A stretch of 64,000 bases of DNA from Leucoraja erinacea (Eukaryota). Below the pieces are notes generated by a model that did not search any database, was not told where the DNA came from, and was given only the letters and a program-made list of their open reading frames with translations. The stretch covers positions 13,578,001 through 13,642,000 of the forward strand of contig NC_073410.1 of assembly GCF_028641065.1 (NCBI RefSeq). The letters run 5' to 3'. The position numbers and the translations under genes are program-made. Shown one piece after another: positions 12,355 through 23,752 of the stretch; the first letter of the stretch is position 1; each line of letters begins with the position of its first letter.

Positions 12355-13283
12355 TTCTTCTTCTTCTTCTTTGGAGTTTTACGGCAGCCGGCATCCACAA
12401 TGTTGCATTGCTGCCACCTTCTGGCTTCACTCCACAGTCCTCATGTCTTTTCTTTATATCCTTTTTATAAGGCCAGAGGCCCTCAAGAAATTAAACAACA
12501 AATTTACTCCTTTTCCTTCCCCTCCATACTCTAGAATGTTCTTTTCTGATATATCTGTCATTCCAATTTTCTTCATTTCATTGATCAAAACTCTTCTTTC
12601 TGTTGCATATCTTCTACATGCAACTAGAGCATGCTGAACTGTTTCCGGCTGATGGCATTCCTCACACATCCCAGTAGGGTGTTTTCCCAACATTTTTAAT
12701 GTGCTGTTCAGGTGGGTGTGTCCTATCCTCAATCTTGCTAATACTACCTGTTCTCTCCTGTTCCCCCCTCTTCTTGCTGTAATGCCCACTCTGTTTTGTA
12801 GCAAATAGAGGTGTCTCCCCTTTGTCTCCTGTTCCCAGTATTGTTGCCATTCCTGATTTATTTTCTTCCACACAATGTGTCTTCCTTCAGATTTGGATAA
12901 TTGTAGGTTTACCTCTATGTTCTCTTTTTTAACTGCCTCTTTTGCTAATTTATCCACTTTTTCATTTCCTAGCACACCAATGTGTGCTGGGACCCACAAC
13001 AAAGTCACGTCACTGCCCTTCCTTGTTACTTGGCTTAATAGTAGTAGAATTTCATACACTAGGTCAGGCCGCCTATGGGACGCACCAGACCCAATACTCT
13101 GGATTGCAGACAATGAGTCACTACAAATTAATATTTTGCATGGTTGCACCTGTTCTATCCACCGAACTGCCATCAAAATAGCGTACAGTTCCACTGTATA
13201 TACTGCCAAATAGTTATTTGTTCTTTTGCAAATCTCAACATTCAACCCTTGCACTACCACAGCTGCCCCTGTTGTTTCAGCTA
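12355..13283 (-). mobile_element. 5'-truncated I-clade (Nimb/I-like) LINE encoding RNase H and a C-terminal zinc knuckle
   Basis: Uninterrupted ORF 12454..13260 with RNase H motifs (VYTVELYAI, ICSDSLSA, WVPAHIGVLGNEKVDKLAK) and CxxCx7HxxxxC; (AAG)n tail; 12-bp TSD cagctgcttctc at 12343-12354 and 13284-13295. Confidence 0.9.
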
Positions 13284-13938
13284 CAGCTGCTTCTCATGGA
13301 TAGAAAGGGGATTAATGTCGGATTAGCAAGGACTGGGCAGAAAGGTCTGTTTCCATGCTGTAGCCTCAGAATAAAAGGACATACTTTTATAAAGGAGACA
13401 AATTTCTTTATCCAGAGGGTGGTGAATCTGTGGAATTTATTAAACCCCATTCTCCACATAACCCCTGACACCCGCATTAATCAAGTCCCTTAATCCTTCC
13501 AGTGGGGACTTGATATCAGGAACAGCTTTAGTGCCCAAAAGGTGAACATAATAACTATCCCCACCGTCGGGTTTGAAGTCTCTCCCTCAAATTTTCCTCG
13601 ACCAAGAATATTTCAAACCCTACTGGGATCCAGCTTGCTTGAGCATTGATGTAATTCGCCATTTAAAAAAATAAAACACCAATTGATTGGTAACATTCAC
13701 CTGTTTGTGAAATACGCATTCACCACATTGGCGCAGCGCCAGAGACCCAGGTTCGATACTGAACTCGGACGCTGACTGTGTGTGGCGTTTGCTCATTCTC
13801 CATATGACCGTGTGGGTTTCCTGCGGGTGCTCTGGCGGTCGCCCATATCTCCAAAGACGTGCGGGTTTGTGGGTTAATTGGCCCCCTGTAAAACTATAGG
13901 CAGTAGATGAGAACGCAGGATAACGTAGAACTAGTGTG

Positions 13939-14065
13939 AAGAAGAGTCTCGACCCGAAACGTTGCCTATTTCCTTCGCTCCATAGATGCTGATTCACCCG
14001 CTGAGTTTCTCCAGCATTTTTGTCTACCTCCGATTTTCCAGCGTCTGCAGTTCCTTCTTAAACAC
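13939..14065 (+). mobile_element. Short Penelope-derived element inserted at the 3' end of a SINE (SINE about 13728-14100)
   Basis: 12-bp TSD agaactagtgtg at 13927-13938 and 14066-14077; contains 'gaagaagagtctcgacccgaaacgt'. Confidence 0.75.
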
Positions 14066-14505
14066 AGAACTAGTGTGCACGGGTGATCAGTAGTGTGTGT
14101 GTGGTTAACACAAAATGCTGGAGTAACTCAGCGGGACAGGCGGCACCTCTGGAGAGAAGGAATGGGTGAAGTTTCAGGTCGGGACCCTTCTTCAGAACAC
14201 TGGCTTGCCCGCTGCCCAAGCTGTATCTTTACAACTAAGAATAAACACTTGAATACTGAGTAATTATAAAAAGGTTTCGAGACTTGAGAAATCAAAACAA
14301 AGCGCTTGGAGTGAACGAGCCGGAGAGGGAGTGGTTTAGTGGGTGCAGTGAGAGAGACGGCAAATTAAAAGGAAGCTGAAATCTGGGAGGCGTCCAGTAC
14401 AATACTCCTTCTCCCTCCCCCCTTCCCCCTGCATGTCCCGTTGTCCGGGATTGTGGAACCAGCGGCAGATCGATAGGGACCAGCAATCAGAGTTAACGCC
14501 GCAAG

Positions 14506-14563
14506 ATGCGCGCCGTGTGGGTTCTCGCTGGGATCTTGGTGTCGCTCGGAGCGGCGCTGGCCG
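14506..14563 (+). CDS. PLAC9: Placenta-specific protein 9, exon 1 (signal peptide MRAVWVLAGILVSLGAALA)
   Basis: CpG-rich context, aagATGc start, hydrophobic signal peptide, donor CG|gtaggt (phase 1). Confidence 0.85.
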
Positions 14564-14879
14564 GTAGGTATCACCCAGCCACCGGTCCGGCTTTCAGCGC
14601 TTGTACCTCTCCCGTCCCGAGTTGGGATAACGATTGGATTTGGGTTTTCCCCCAAGCTGGTTGTTCTCGCAACAACAACCTGTGCCAATTGTGGCGAGTG
14701 GGATGGGAAAATGGGGGAGGGAACAGAGATGCCAGCGAACGTCTGGTGCTGAGAAACGGGCGAAAGGAGACGGGGGTTCAGAGCACCGAGGGGGCAATCG
14801 GCTTGTTAGAGGGAGGGAAGGGACGTACAGGGATGGAGGATTCAGATCCCTGAGGATGGGAGGGAGGTGGTGGGGGGGA

Positions 14880-15255
14880 ATAATAAAGCGAATAGCGAAA
14901 GGCTTGGATAGAATGGATGTGGAGAGGATGTTTCCATTAGTGGGGGAGTCTAGAACCAGTCGTAGCCTCAGAAGTAAAGGACGTTCCTTTTGGAAGAATA
15001 CGATGAGGAATTTCTTTAGTCAGAGGGTGGTGAATCTGTAGAATTCATTGCCACAGACGGCTGTGGAGGCCAAGTCAATTGATATTTATAAGGCAGAGAT
15101 AGATAGATTCTTGATTAGTACGGGTGCCAGGGGTTATGGGGAGAAGGCAGGAGAATGGGGTTAGGAGGGAGAGATAGACCAGCCACGATTGAATGGCGGA
15201 GTGGACTTGATGGGCCGAATAGGCCAATTCTGCTCCTATCATGTATGACTTTATG
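14880..15255 (+). mobile_element. CR1-type LINE 3' fragment
   Basis: 'KGLDRMDVERMFPLVGESRT..FFSQRVVNL' remnant plus the shared 3' end. Confidence 0.8.
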
Positions 15256-17230
15256 AAATCACCAGAGTGTGTGAGGTCGAACACTCTCCCCCAATTACCC
15301 AGAGAGCTCGCAGGCTGACTGCTGGCTCTCAATGGACATTCGGCCCATCTAACGAGTGGTAGCAGTAACAAGAGACCGGCAGCGCCTGGGGATGGAAGGA
15401 AGGATAGAGGAACGGTCCTTGGTCTTTGGAGGAACGGAACATTTTGGATTCCGACGGTTCGGAACTTTTCCCACTCCTGACACTTGATGCTTGGCATCGT
15501 TGGCGTTTGCTGGTGTCGACGCCACACCTCTAGTGGCGAGAAGCAACGATGACAGATCACCTTTCAGAGATGGTACACGAGGAACTGCAGATCCCGGTTT
15601 ACAGAAAAAGACATAATGCGCTGGAGTAACTCAGCGGGTCAGGCAGCATCTCTGGAGAACATGGATAGGTGACGTTTTGGGTCGGGACCCTTCAGAGGTT
15701 ATGAGGAGAAGGGGTTAGGAGGGAGAGATAGATTAGGGAGAGAATGGCGGAGAAGACTTGATGAGCCGAATGGCCTAATTCTACTGTGTTCAAGAAGGAA
15801 CTGCAGATGCTGGAAAATCGAAGGTACACAAAAATGCTGGGAAAACTCAGCGGGGGACACAGCATCTGTGGAGCGAAGGAAATAGGTGACGTTTCGGGCC
15901 GAAACCCTTCTTCAGACTGGGTTTCTACTCATCACTTATGACCTTCAGGCCCCTTCAGTTATTTTCTAATACTTCTTACTGTTTGCAATACCGCTCACAA
16001 TGTTTAAAATAATCATATTTCTTCATTACATCTCTAATTACTTTCTACCATTGCGACATTCGCAACGGGCTAAGTGCTACACTTCGTTATATTATATTGC
16101 CATCATTATAGAAAGCATTTGCAATAAATACGATACACGTGCAACATGTTATTAGCCATGGCAGTGTTTGGATTTTGCCAGCTCGGATCTGTAATCAAAT
16201 CCATTAATTTGTAGGATTTTGTATTGTTGTGTTAACGCATTAAAGTTGCAGCAAACATGAATGTCATTGTCTCGTTCCCGGACGTGTGACAAGTAAATTC
16301 TCTTGATTCTTCAGCATAACACCAAGTGCTGGAGGAACTCAGCGGGTCTGGTCGTATCTGTGCAGCAAATGGACAGGCGACCCTTCCTGACATCAGTTTG
16401 AAGAAGGGTCTCGACCCGAAACGTCGCCAATTCCTTGTCTCCGCAGATGCTGCCTCGCCCGCTGAGTTTCGCCAGCATTTGTTGCCTACCTAGGCGACCT
16501 TTCGAGTCGGGACGCTGTAGAAGGGGTTCGACCCGAAAAGTCACCCATTCCTTTTCTCCAAAGATGCTGCCTGACCCGCTGTGTCACTCCAGCTTTATGT
16601 GTCTATCTACGGTGTAAACCAGCATCTGCAGTTCCTTCCTACACGAGTTTCTCTGGAACGTTTAGTGTTTTACTCAAGATTGAAACATCTGCAGTTCCCA
16701 GTATCTCCACTCTTGAATTATTTCGATCCCCATTGCCGGACACGCTGAGCCTGAAGAAGGGACCCGATGCATAACGTTGTCTATCCATGTTCTCCAGAGA
16801 TGCTGCCTGACCCGCTGAGTTACTCCAGCACTCTGTGTCCTTTTGTGGATGTCTCCAGTTGTGGTCAGCAGAGCCCCCTGGTGGTAATCCAGCTGCGCGC
16901 ATCTGACCGAAGTCTGAAGAAGGAATTCGGCCCGAAACGTTGCCTATTTCCTTCGCTTCATAGATGCTGCTGCACCCGCTGAGTTTCTCCAGCACTTTTG
17001 TCTACCTTCTGACCTTCCCCGCTCCAGTACATTTGCCAGAAGATCATTCGCTCTATGAGACATTGCAGGAGGCCAAAGCACACTCTACATGCAGTGGGCT
17101 AGCCTGGCACTGTGATATACAACGGTGGCCAGGCCGTGGTGGGCCCGAGGCTCCATTAATGTCCTCTCAGTGTCTATGCTCTCTCCTTTTTTAAATTTCC
17201 AAAAATAAACATTATTCAGTATAAAAAATA

Positions 17231-19126
17231 TAGGGGGTTGCACGTAAGGTTATCGGGTCAAAGGGCGTGATGCACGGACCAGCTCAATCCATGTGGAGTA
17301 CATGGCAGCTTCCGGCGTACACTGTTAATACACAAAATGCATACTTTCTTACCCGATAAAAACAGCAGAAATTGACTTTTTTTGCACTGTAAATAATTGT
17401 GGAAATCGGGGTAAGCGTGAGAGACATTTATCCTACTTCAGAATTCCAAATGTGAGGAGAAATGATGGTGAAGAGAAGCGAGAGCTGAAGGGACAACAAC
17501 AGCTAACGCCGTGCAGATATCAAGATTGAATAAATTTGGGAATTATCGCATTTGCTCACTGCATTTCATCAACAGTAAGGCATTATTTGAGTTTTTTCTT
17601 GATTCCTTTGGTATCCAAAAAGTTTCAGAAATGATTAATACTAGACCAAGTGGGACCCGATGGGTCCCAGCATCACACGGGAGGGCTGGTCACCAACGCA
17701 ATATTCCACCTCTCCACCAATTCCAATATTGCTCGCCAGTGGGTGGGTGGGGGTTTCTGTTGCGCTAGTATGGGTGTTGCGGGCCGAAGGTACTGGTTTC
17801 CAGAGGGCTAGTATAGACATTGTGGGCCAAATGGATTTTTGGGCTGGCAGCCAACTGTTGCAACGATTTCAAAAGCCAAGCCAAGGCAAACAATTTGGCT
17901 GCGCCACCTGACAACCAAAATTCATTTTGTGAACACAAACTTTAAAAAAAGGCGAGGCAAACAATTGGGCAGCAGTCACTTTACAGCCACATCGAGGGGA
18001 CTCACCATGGAGTAGACTTACGTTCAGTGCTATTCGCAGCTCAGAGAGCCGTGACCCTCTCGCTTCCTGGGTCTGGCAGAGACTGAGTGAGGGACTACAC
18101 TTCCGGGTTTTATAGTCCCTCCCCCCTGCCGCCAGCGGGGGCAGCAGAGAGAATGGCGAATTATTTAAAAACATTAATATATCTCTGATTTTTCATCGAT
18201 GGGAAAGATCCTCCAGTCCCGGAAGGCGGAGGGGAGCTCTGAGCGAGGTGGCCGAAAATGACGGCCAAAGGTGGCGGCATTCTCGGAAATCGCAGCACAG
18301 TGGGTCAAAAGTGGTCAAGATCAGACCTTTAGTAATATATAGATGGCTGTAAAACTTTTAAATCGCCCATGGTTCTGAAGTGGGGTTTTACATGTAAAAA
18401 TAAAACGCTTCTAAAGCTAAAAAAATCTCCAGACTTACCAGTGGTGTGTGGAAAAGTATGTTTTCTATCAATATGCTATTGAGATGCATATTTTGGCAAA
18501 TAATAAAATGTCCTGACACCCACTCCCTTTCAATAGGATATTATCAATTTGCTGAGGTTGATTGTCCAATTAACAGCTAACAATTATGAGTAAAATGTAA
18601 TTCAAAACCCACGCATGGTTTGCGATTTTTTAAATGATATATTTTGCTTCAGAAGTGTTTTCTTTTTGTATGTAAAAACCCACTTGAGAACCATGGGCAA
18701 TTTTAACATTTTACAGCCAGATTTATCACTTCTGAAACTTTTAGATACCAAATGAATCAAGAAAAAACACAAATAATGCCTAACTGTTGATAAAATGCAG
18801 TGAGCAAACGCGATAATTCCCAATATTTTCAATCTTGATATCTGCAATGTTCGCCAATCACTTTAGCTGTTGTTGTCCCTTAGGCTGCCGCTTCTATCTA
18901 CCGTCATTTCTCCTTACTTTTGGAATTCTGAAGTAGGATAAATACCCCGATTTCCATAATTATTTACAGCGCAGAAATTGACCATTTTCGGCGGTTTATA
19001 GCGGACCCGCTACGCTGGAAACAATGGTAAATGCTTACCTGCAGTTCATCGCGTGTACTCTAGTTGGCGTAGCGTAGCAACAGTATGGGTCACGGGTCAT
19101 GACCTCGACTGTGTGCAACGTCCCTA
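17231..19126. mobile_element. Non-autonomous foldback DNA transposon with long imperfect inverted arms
   Basis: Termini tagggggttgcac / gtgcaacgtcccta, each flanked by TA; arms of several hundred bp (about 17345-17640 plus 18344-18425 versus about 18640-18990) give mirrored ORFs starting 'MQISRL' on opposite strands. Confidence 0.8.
17641..18343 (-). mobile_element. Non-autonomous Helitron
   Basis: Minus strand begins A|TC(TATATATTACT) at 18343 and ends TGGGACCC-ATC-GGGTCCCA hairpin, CTTGGT, CTAG|T at 17641; no TSD; removing it restores the foldback arm. Confidence 0.85.
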
Positions 19127-21531
19127 TACACAATATATATGAACAGTGCCAAAAACCATCCTACATTCTCAGGGTCTGTACATTTATAAGTGTCATATTT
19201 AGTAGTGTTCGCTAACTATCCTTAAACCAACCATCTTGACACACATGTGCCTCCCTGGGGTGATATCCCTTCCCTTGTTTAAGGGGTGTCCCCACCAGAA
19301 TCTGCCCCTCAATGTCCAGCAGCGGAAGGACCCTAGACTGTGGCCCTCCCCCACAGAGCCTTGGCGTTGGCTGCACCGAGCTTCAGTGCGTCCCTCAGCA
19401 CCTACTCCTGCAGTCTGGAGCGGGCCAGTCGGCAACATTCCCCGACAGACACCTCGCTCTGCTGGGAGACCAACGAGTTTTGGGCAGACACCATTCACTG
19501 AGTTGATGATCTTCCAGCAGCACTTGATGTCCATCTCTGAATGTGTCCCTGGGTACAGCCTGTAAATCAGAGAGTACTCAATTACGGAGATATCCGGGAT
19601 GATCAATGATAAGGATCGTTGCATCATTGTCCAGACTCTCTTCGCAAATCCACACTCTCCACAGAGGTGGGCAATCATGTAGATTGGATAGCGGAGTAAA
19701 CGTGATGGGCTGAATGGCTTAATTCTGCTTCCTAGAATTTTTGAACTTATGAACCGTCTCGTCTCTGTGGCAGCGGTCCCGAGGGGCGAGGCAGCGTGCG
19801 CTGGTAGTAAGATTCCAACGGTACTCCCTTCGGTCAGCCAAGCCAAGGCTTGATGCATGTTGGTGAGTTCTGGCAAAGAGGCATTTCACCGTCTATGCTC
19901 TCTCTTCCTCACAGACTCTTCCCTGCCTTGCTTGTCCAAGGGTAATCGGTTAAAATGATCGGGATCCAAGTTAGCTTTTCCCAACTCCACACCAGAGGAT
20001 TAGGCGGGAGTTAAACTGAGGAACCAAGGACTTGGCAAAAGGGAAATTAAACTAAATAATACAGGAAATCACAAAAATATTTTGCAAAGGGATCGCCAGT
20101 ATAGTTTCCATCTGCAAATATCCTAATATTCCTTTTGAAATTCTGAAAGTCTTGTCCCTTTTCTGAGGCTGAAGGACTTTCTCATTCACCCGGTAAGACA
20201 TATCAATATTAGTTTATCATGGAGAGATAAGGAACTGCAGATGCTAGTTTACAAAAAAAGGCTACAAAGTGCTGGAGTAACTCAGCAAGTCAGGCAGCGC
20301 ACAACAAAAAAAGTTTCACTCTACTACCTCGGTACATGTGACAATAAACCAACCTAGTTTATTGTCACGACTAAACTAACAAAACATCTCTGGAGAACAT
20401 GGTCAGGACCCTACAATGGTTCTGAAGAAGGGTCCCGACCCAAAACATCACCTATCCATGTTCTCCAGAGATGCTGCCTGACATGCTGAGTTACTCCAAC
20501 ACTTTCTGCCAGTTAATCTTACACAAGTTCATTAAATCCTTTGCTTTTTAACAAAGCTGTGCTGACTTTAGCCTATTTCTTTTTTTATTCTTCGCAACAA
20601 CAAATATTGTCTGCACATTATTTAAAACTCCACACCCCCTGCTGACTCTCCCAACTTAGTCTGTGTTGCTATGATAATGATATAATTACCAGTTTTTGGA
20701 GCTCAGGCAATGGTATAAAACACTCATTATAGGCCTCGTCAGACAGAGACAATGTAATAATAAAAATTATGCCATTTCCCTTTCTCTGGGTGAATTGGAT
20801 CCCTGTTGTGAGAACAGGATGTTGGAACAATAATCATTTAACCCTCTGTTACCGCAAAACAAGCCTGCTCTAAAATACAACTCAGTCACAATGATACAGT
20901 AAACCTTCGCAATAACAGACCTCTATAAAGGTCTGAAGAAGGGTTTCGGCCCGAAACGCCTATTTCCTTCGCTCCATAGATGCTGCTGGGCCCGCTGAGT
21001 TTCTCCAGCATTTTTGTCTACCCTCTATATAGCGCATTTCGGTTATATTTCAGTTATTCGGTTATAATAATTGAATAAATTTGTTGAATTTAAAAAAAAA
21101 GGTCAGTTTTTGCAAGGGTTTACCTCTAGTTTTTCTCTCCCCTGACTCTGAGTCTGATGAAGGGTCTCGACCCAAAACATCAACTATTCCTTCTCTCCAG
21201 AGATGCTGCCTGTCCCGCTGAGTTACTCCGGCATTTTGTGTCCATTCTTTCACAGCTTGACTGATAGTTTACATGAGCGTCTGCCAGTCATTTCCACATT
21301 TTGACGGCTTGATGGAATTTATTGAGACTCAGAGTGACAATGCAATGGATGCAGTTAAAATACAATGCCAGAGTATGGGACATCCAGTGGGCCTTGGCGG
21401 ACCGAGCGCAAGTGGTCGGCGAAACGGTTACCGAGTCTACGCTTATTTTTAGTACTGTTCTGCGGCAGAGTGAGGGTCAGAGAGAGGATGAATGGAAAGC
21501 TTCTCTATTACACCGACTTTGCTTGTTTCAG

Positions 21532-21611
21532 AGCTGGAGCAACAGAGAGACGACACAAACTGGTGTGAACACGACAAGGCAGTCTACAGACGGCTGGATA
21601 TTATAGAGACG
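21532..21611 (+). CDS. PLAC9: PLAC9 exon 2 (ELEQQRDDTNWCEHDKAVYRRLDIIET)
   Basis: Acceptor tttgcttgtttcag, donor ACG|gtaact; 80 nt, phase 1 in and 0 out; matches recalled human PLAC9 'ACDRHMAVQRRLDVMEE'. Confidence 0.9.
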
Positions 21612-22152
21612 GTAACTCCCTTTATGCTTATCAACTGTGTTATTCATAACGTGATCTAGAATGGATGATGAGTTGGGGTTTTGCAGTGCAGAAAGAAAGA
21701 AGCCATTGGCCTCTATGCCATATAACCATATAACAATTACAGCACGGAAACAGGCCATCTCGGCCCTACAAGTCCGTGCCGAACAAATTTTTTTTCTCCT
21801 TAGTCCCACCTGCCTGCACTCATACCATAACCCTCCATTCCCTTCTCATCCATATGCCTATCCAATTTATTTTTAAATGATGCCAATGAACCTGCCTCCA
21901 CCACTTCCACTGGAAGCTCATTCCACACCGCTACCACTCTCTGAGTAAAGAAGTTCCCCCTCATATTACCCCTAAACAGAACTGGAACAAAAATAAAAAT
22001 GCTACAGATTTCTGGAAGTACGGGCTAAGGAAAGTGGGGAGAGGAGACAGGAAGAAAAGAGGTGACATTGTTGACAGGGGCGCTGTGGCACTTACACAAC
22101 AATGATACACTAACTTCCCAGCTGTTATATGATACTATACAATAGAACTTAA

Positions 22153-22368
22153 AGGGCCTGTCCCACTTTCACAACCTAATTCACAACCTTTTTTCGCTCG
22201 TGGACATTTTTCATCAGGCTAGAAAAACGCCTCGACCTACATGATGCCTCGAGTACCTACGACTCGCATCACGGCCTACCTACGACCTCGTGACCACTAT
22301 GCTGCGAGTATGTCAAGGGCAAACTCGGCAGAGGTCGTGAATTAGGTCGTGAAAGTGGGACAGGCCCT
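22153..22368. mobile_element. MITE, PIF/Harbinger-like
   Basis: About 37-bp TIRs agggcctgtcccactttcacaacctaattcacaacct / aggtcgtgaattaggtcgtgaaagtgggacaggccct; flanked by TAA and TTA; related remnants at about 714-860 and 6290-6980. Confidence 0.85.
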
Positions 22369-22371
22369 TTA

Positions 22372-22925
22372 TTTATCCCAGGAGAGAAATTGATCTGCCG
22401 ACAGTCATAAAAACCCCAAAACACAAAATACATGGAATTAAAGAGACAAGTGGAAAGGATTGGGGATGTACAAAGATTGTGAGGGGGGGAGGTGGGGAGT
22501 CAGTATCAGTCACAGAAGGGGGAGGAGTTGCACAGTTTGATAGCCACAGGAAGAAGGATCTCCTGTGGCGTTCTGTGCTGCATCTTGGTGGAACCAGTCT
22601 GTTGCTGAAGGTGCTCCTCAGGTTGACCAGTGTGTCATGGAGGGGGTGAGCTGTATTGTCCAGGATGCTCTGAAGTTTGCCAGCCTATTCTGCTGGCGTC
22701 GGCAGCCTTCGCCCTGCTGCCCCAGCACACGGCAGCGAAGAAGATGGCACTGGCTACCACCAATTTGTAGAACATCTGCAGCATCTTACTGCAGATGTTG
22801 AAGGAGCGAAGCTTTCTCAAAAAGTACAGCCGGCTCTGTCCCTTCTTGTACAGGGGCCTCAGCATTCCTGGACCAGTCCACTTTACTGTCCCGGTTCACT
22901 CCAAGGTATTTGTACTCCCTGGTAA
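22372..22925 (-). mobile_element. Rex1/Babar-like LINE 3' fragment
   Basis: ORF 'LYKKGQSRLYFLRKLRSFNICSKMLQMFYKLVVASAIFFAAVCWGS' is characteristic of the Rex1/Babar RT C-terminal region. Confidence 0.8.
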
Positions 22926-23626
22926 ACTCTCCCTGGGAAATCTTTTCTTCCAGCTGTTGTCAGGCAGCTGAACCGCCCTCTCGTCAACTAGAGAGCTGAA
23001 CTTCCATCTACCTCTTTGCAGATCTTTAGTCTGACTTTATCTTGCACTAAACATTGTACCCTTTATCCCTTATCCAGGCACTATGGACAGCTTGACTGTA
23101 ATCATGTACAGTTTTTTCTTTGAGTGGATAGCACCCAAACAAAAGCTTTTCACGGTATCTTGGTATCTAACTAAACAAAACCAAACTAAACTAAAATAAG
23201 CTAGACTAATCTGAAGCTCCTTCTGAAGTTCACCTCTGCCTTGTTCCAAACTTGCAACCATCAGCTCGGTCCCCGAGATCAAAATGGGAAAGTTCACAAA
23301 AGTTCAATTCCATTCGTAACTCCTCACGTAACAGCCCACTTACTGCTTGCGTGCAGTAGGACGTACATCACACGAAGGCATGGACTGATAACTGGAGCAT
23401 AACATGTGCACCAGATAAATATCAGATACCGAATGTCTTGAACAAGGTTGACACTGTCCTCCGCCCTCTCACACCCAGAACCACCATTATCAGGTCACAT
23501 TGTCAACATTGAATACCTCAGGGATGCACTTCAATAAAAAGCGCTGTATGAAAGAAAGCACTTAATTTTACTGCCATGGCATCTGAGTTGTGACTAATTT
23601 AACATTAATTTCCACTCTTCCCTCAG

Positions 23627-23752
23627 AGCATAGACCAAACAGTGAGCCACTTGGAGGCTGAAGTGTCCGACCTGCTCAGTTTGATGGAGGCCTCAACCAT
23701 TTCTCTGCCGTCAGGATCTCCAACCATTGACATTTTTGAAAGCGGAGCGTGA
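23627..23752 (+). CDS. PLAC9: PLAC9 exon 3 (SIDQTVSHLEAEVSDLLSLMEASTISLPSGSPTIDIFESGA*)
   Basis: Acceptor tccactcttccctcag, phase 0, TGA at 23750-23752; matches recalled human 'VEKTVDHLGTEVKGLLGLLE...LPPGPFSP..DL'; joined protein is 87 aa. Confidence 0.9.
   Translation, partial: SIDQTVSHLEAEVSDLLSLMEASTISLPSGSPTIDIFESGA

Larger units (their letters stand above)
17186..19890 (-). mobile_element. 5'-truncated L1/Tx1-like LINE, host of nested insertions
   Basis: 14-bp TSD gtctatgctctctc at 17172-17185 and 19891-19904; A-rich 3' end near 17187; ORF remnants 'PELTNMHQALAWL', 'IAHLCGECGFAKRVW', 'CCWKIINSV' typical of ORF2 C-termini. Confidence 0.75.

Noticed and set aside
14564-14853. Single-exon 115-aa product of the ORF starting at 14506
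   Set aside because: Sequence after 14563 is intron; splicing gives a coherent PLAC9
17511-18847. Pair of similar ORFs (MQISRL...) on opposite strands, one with a THAP-like 'RICSLHF'
   Set aside because: They are the inverted arms of a foldback element; the frames diverge after a few codons and there is no full domain
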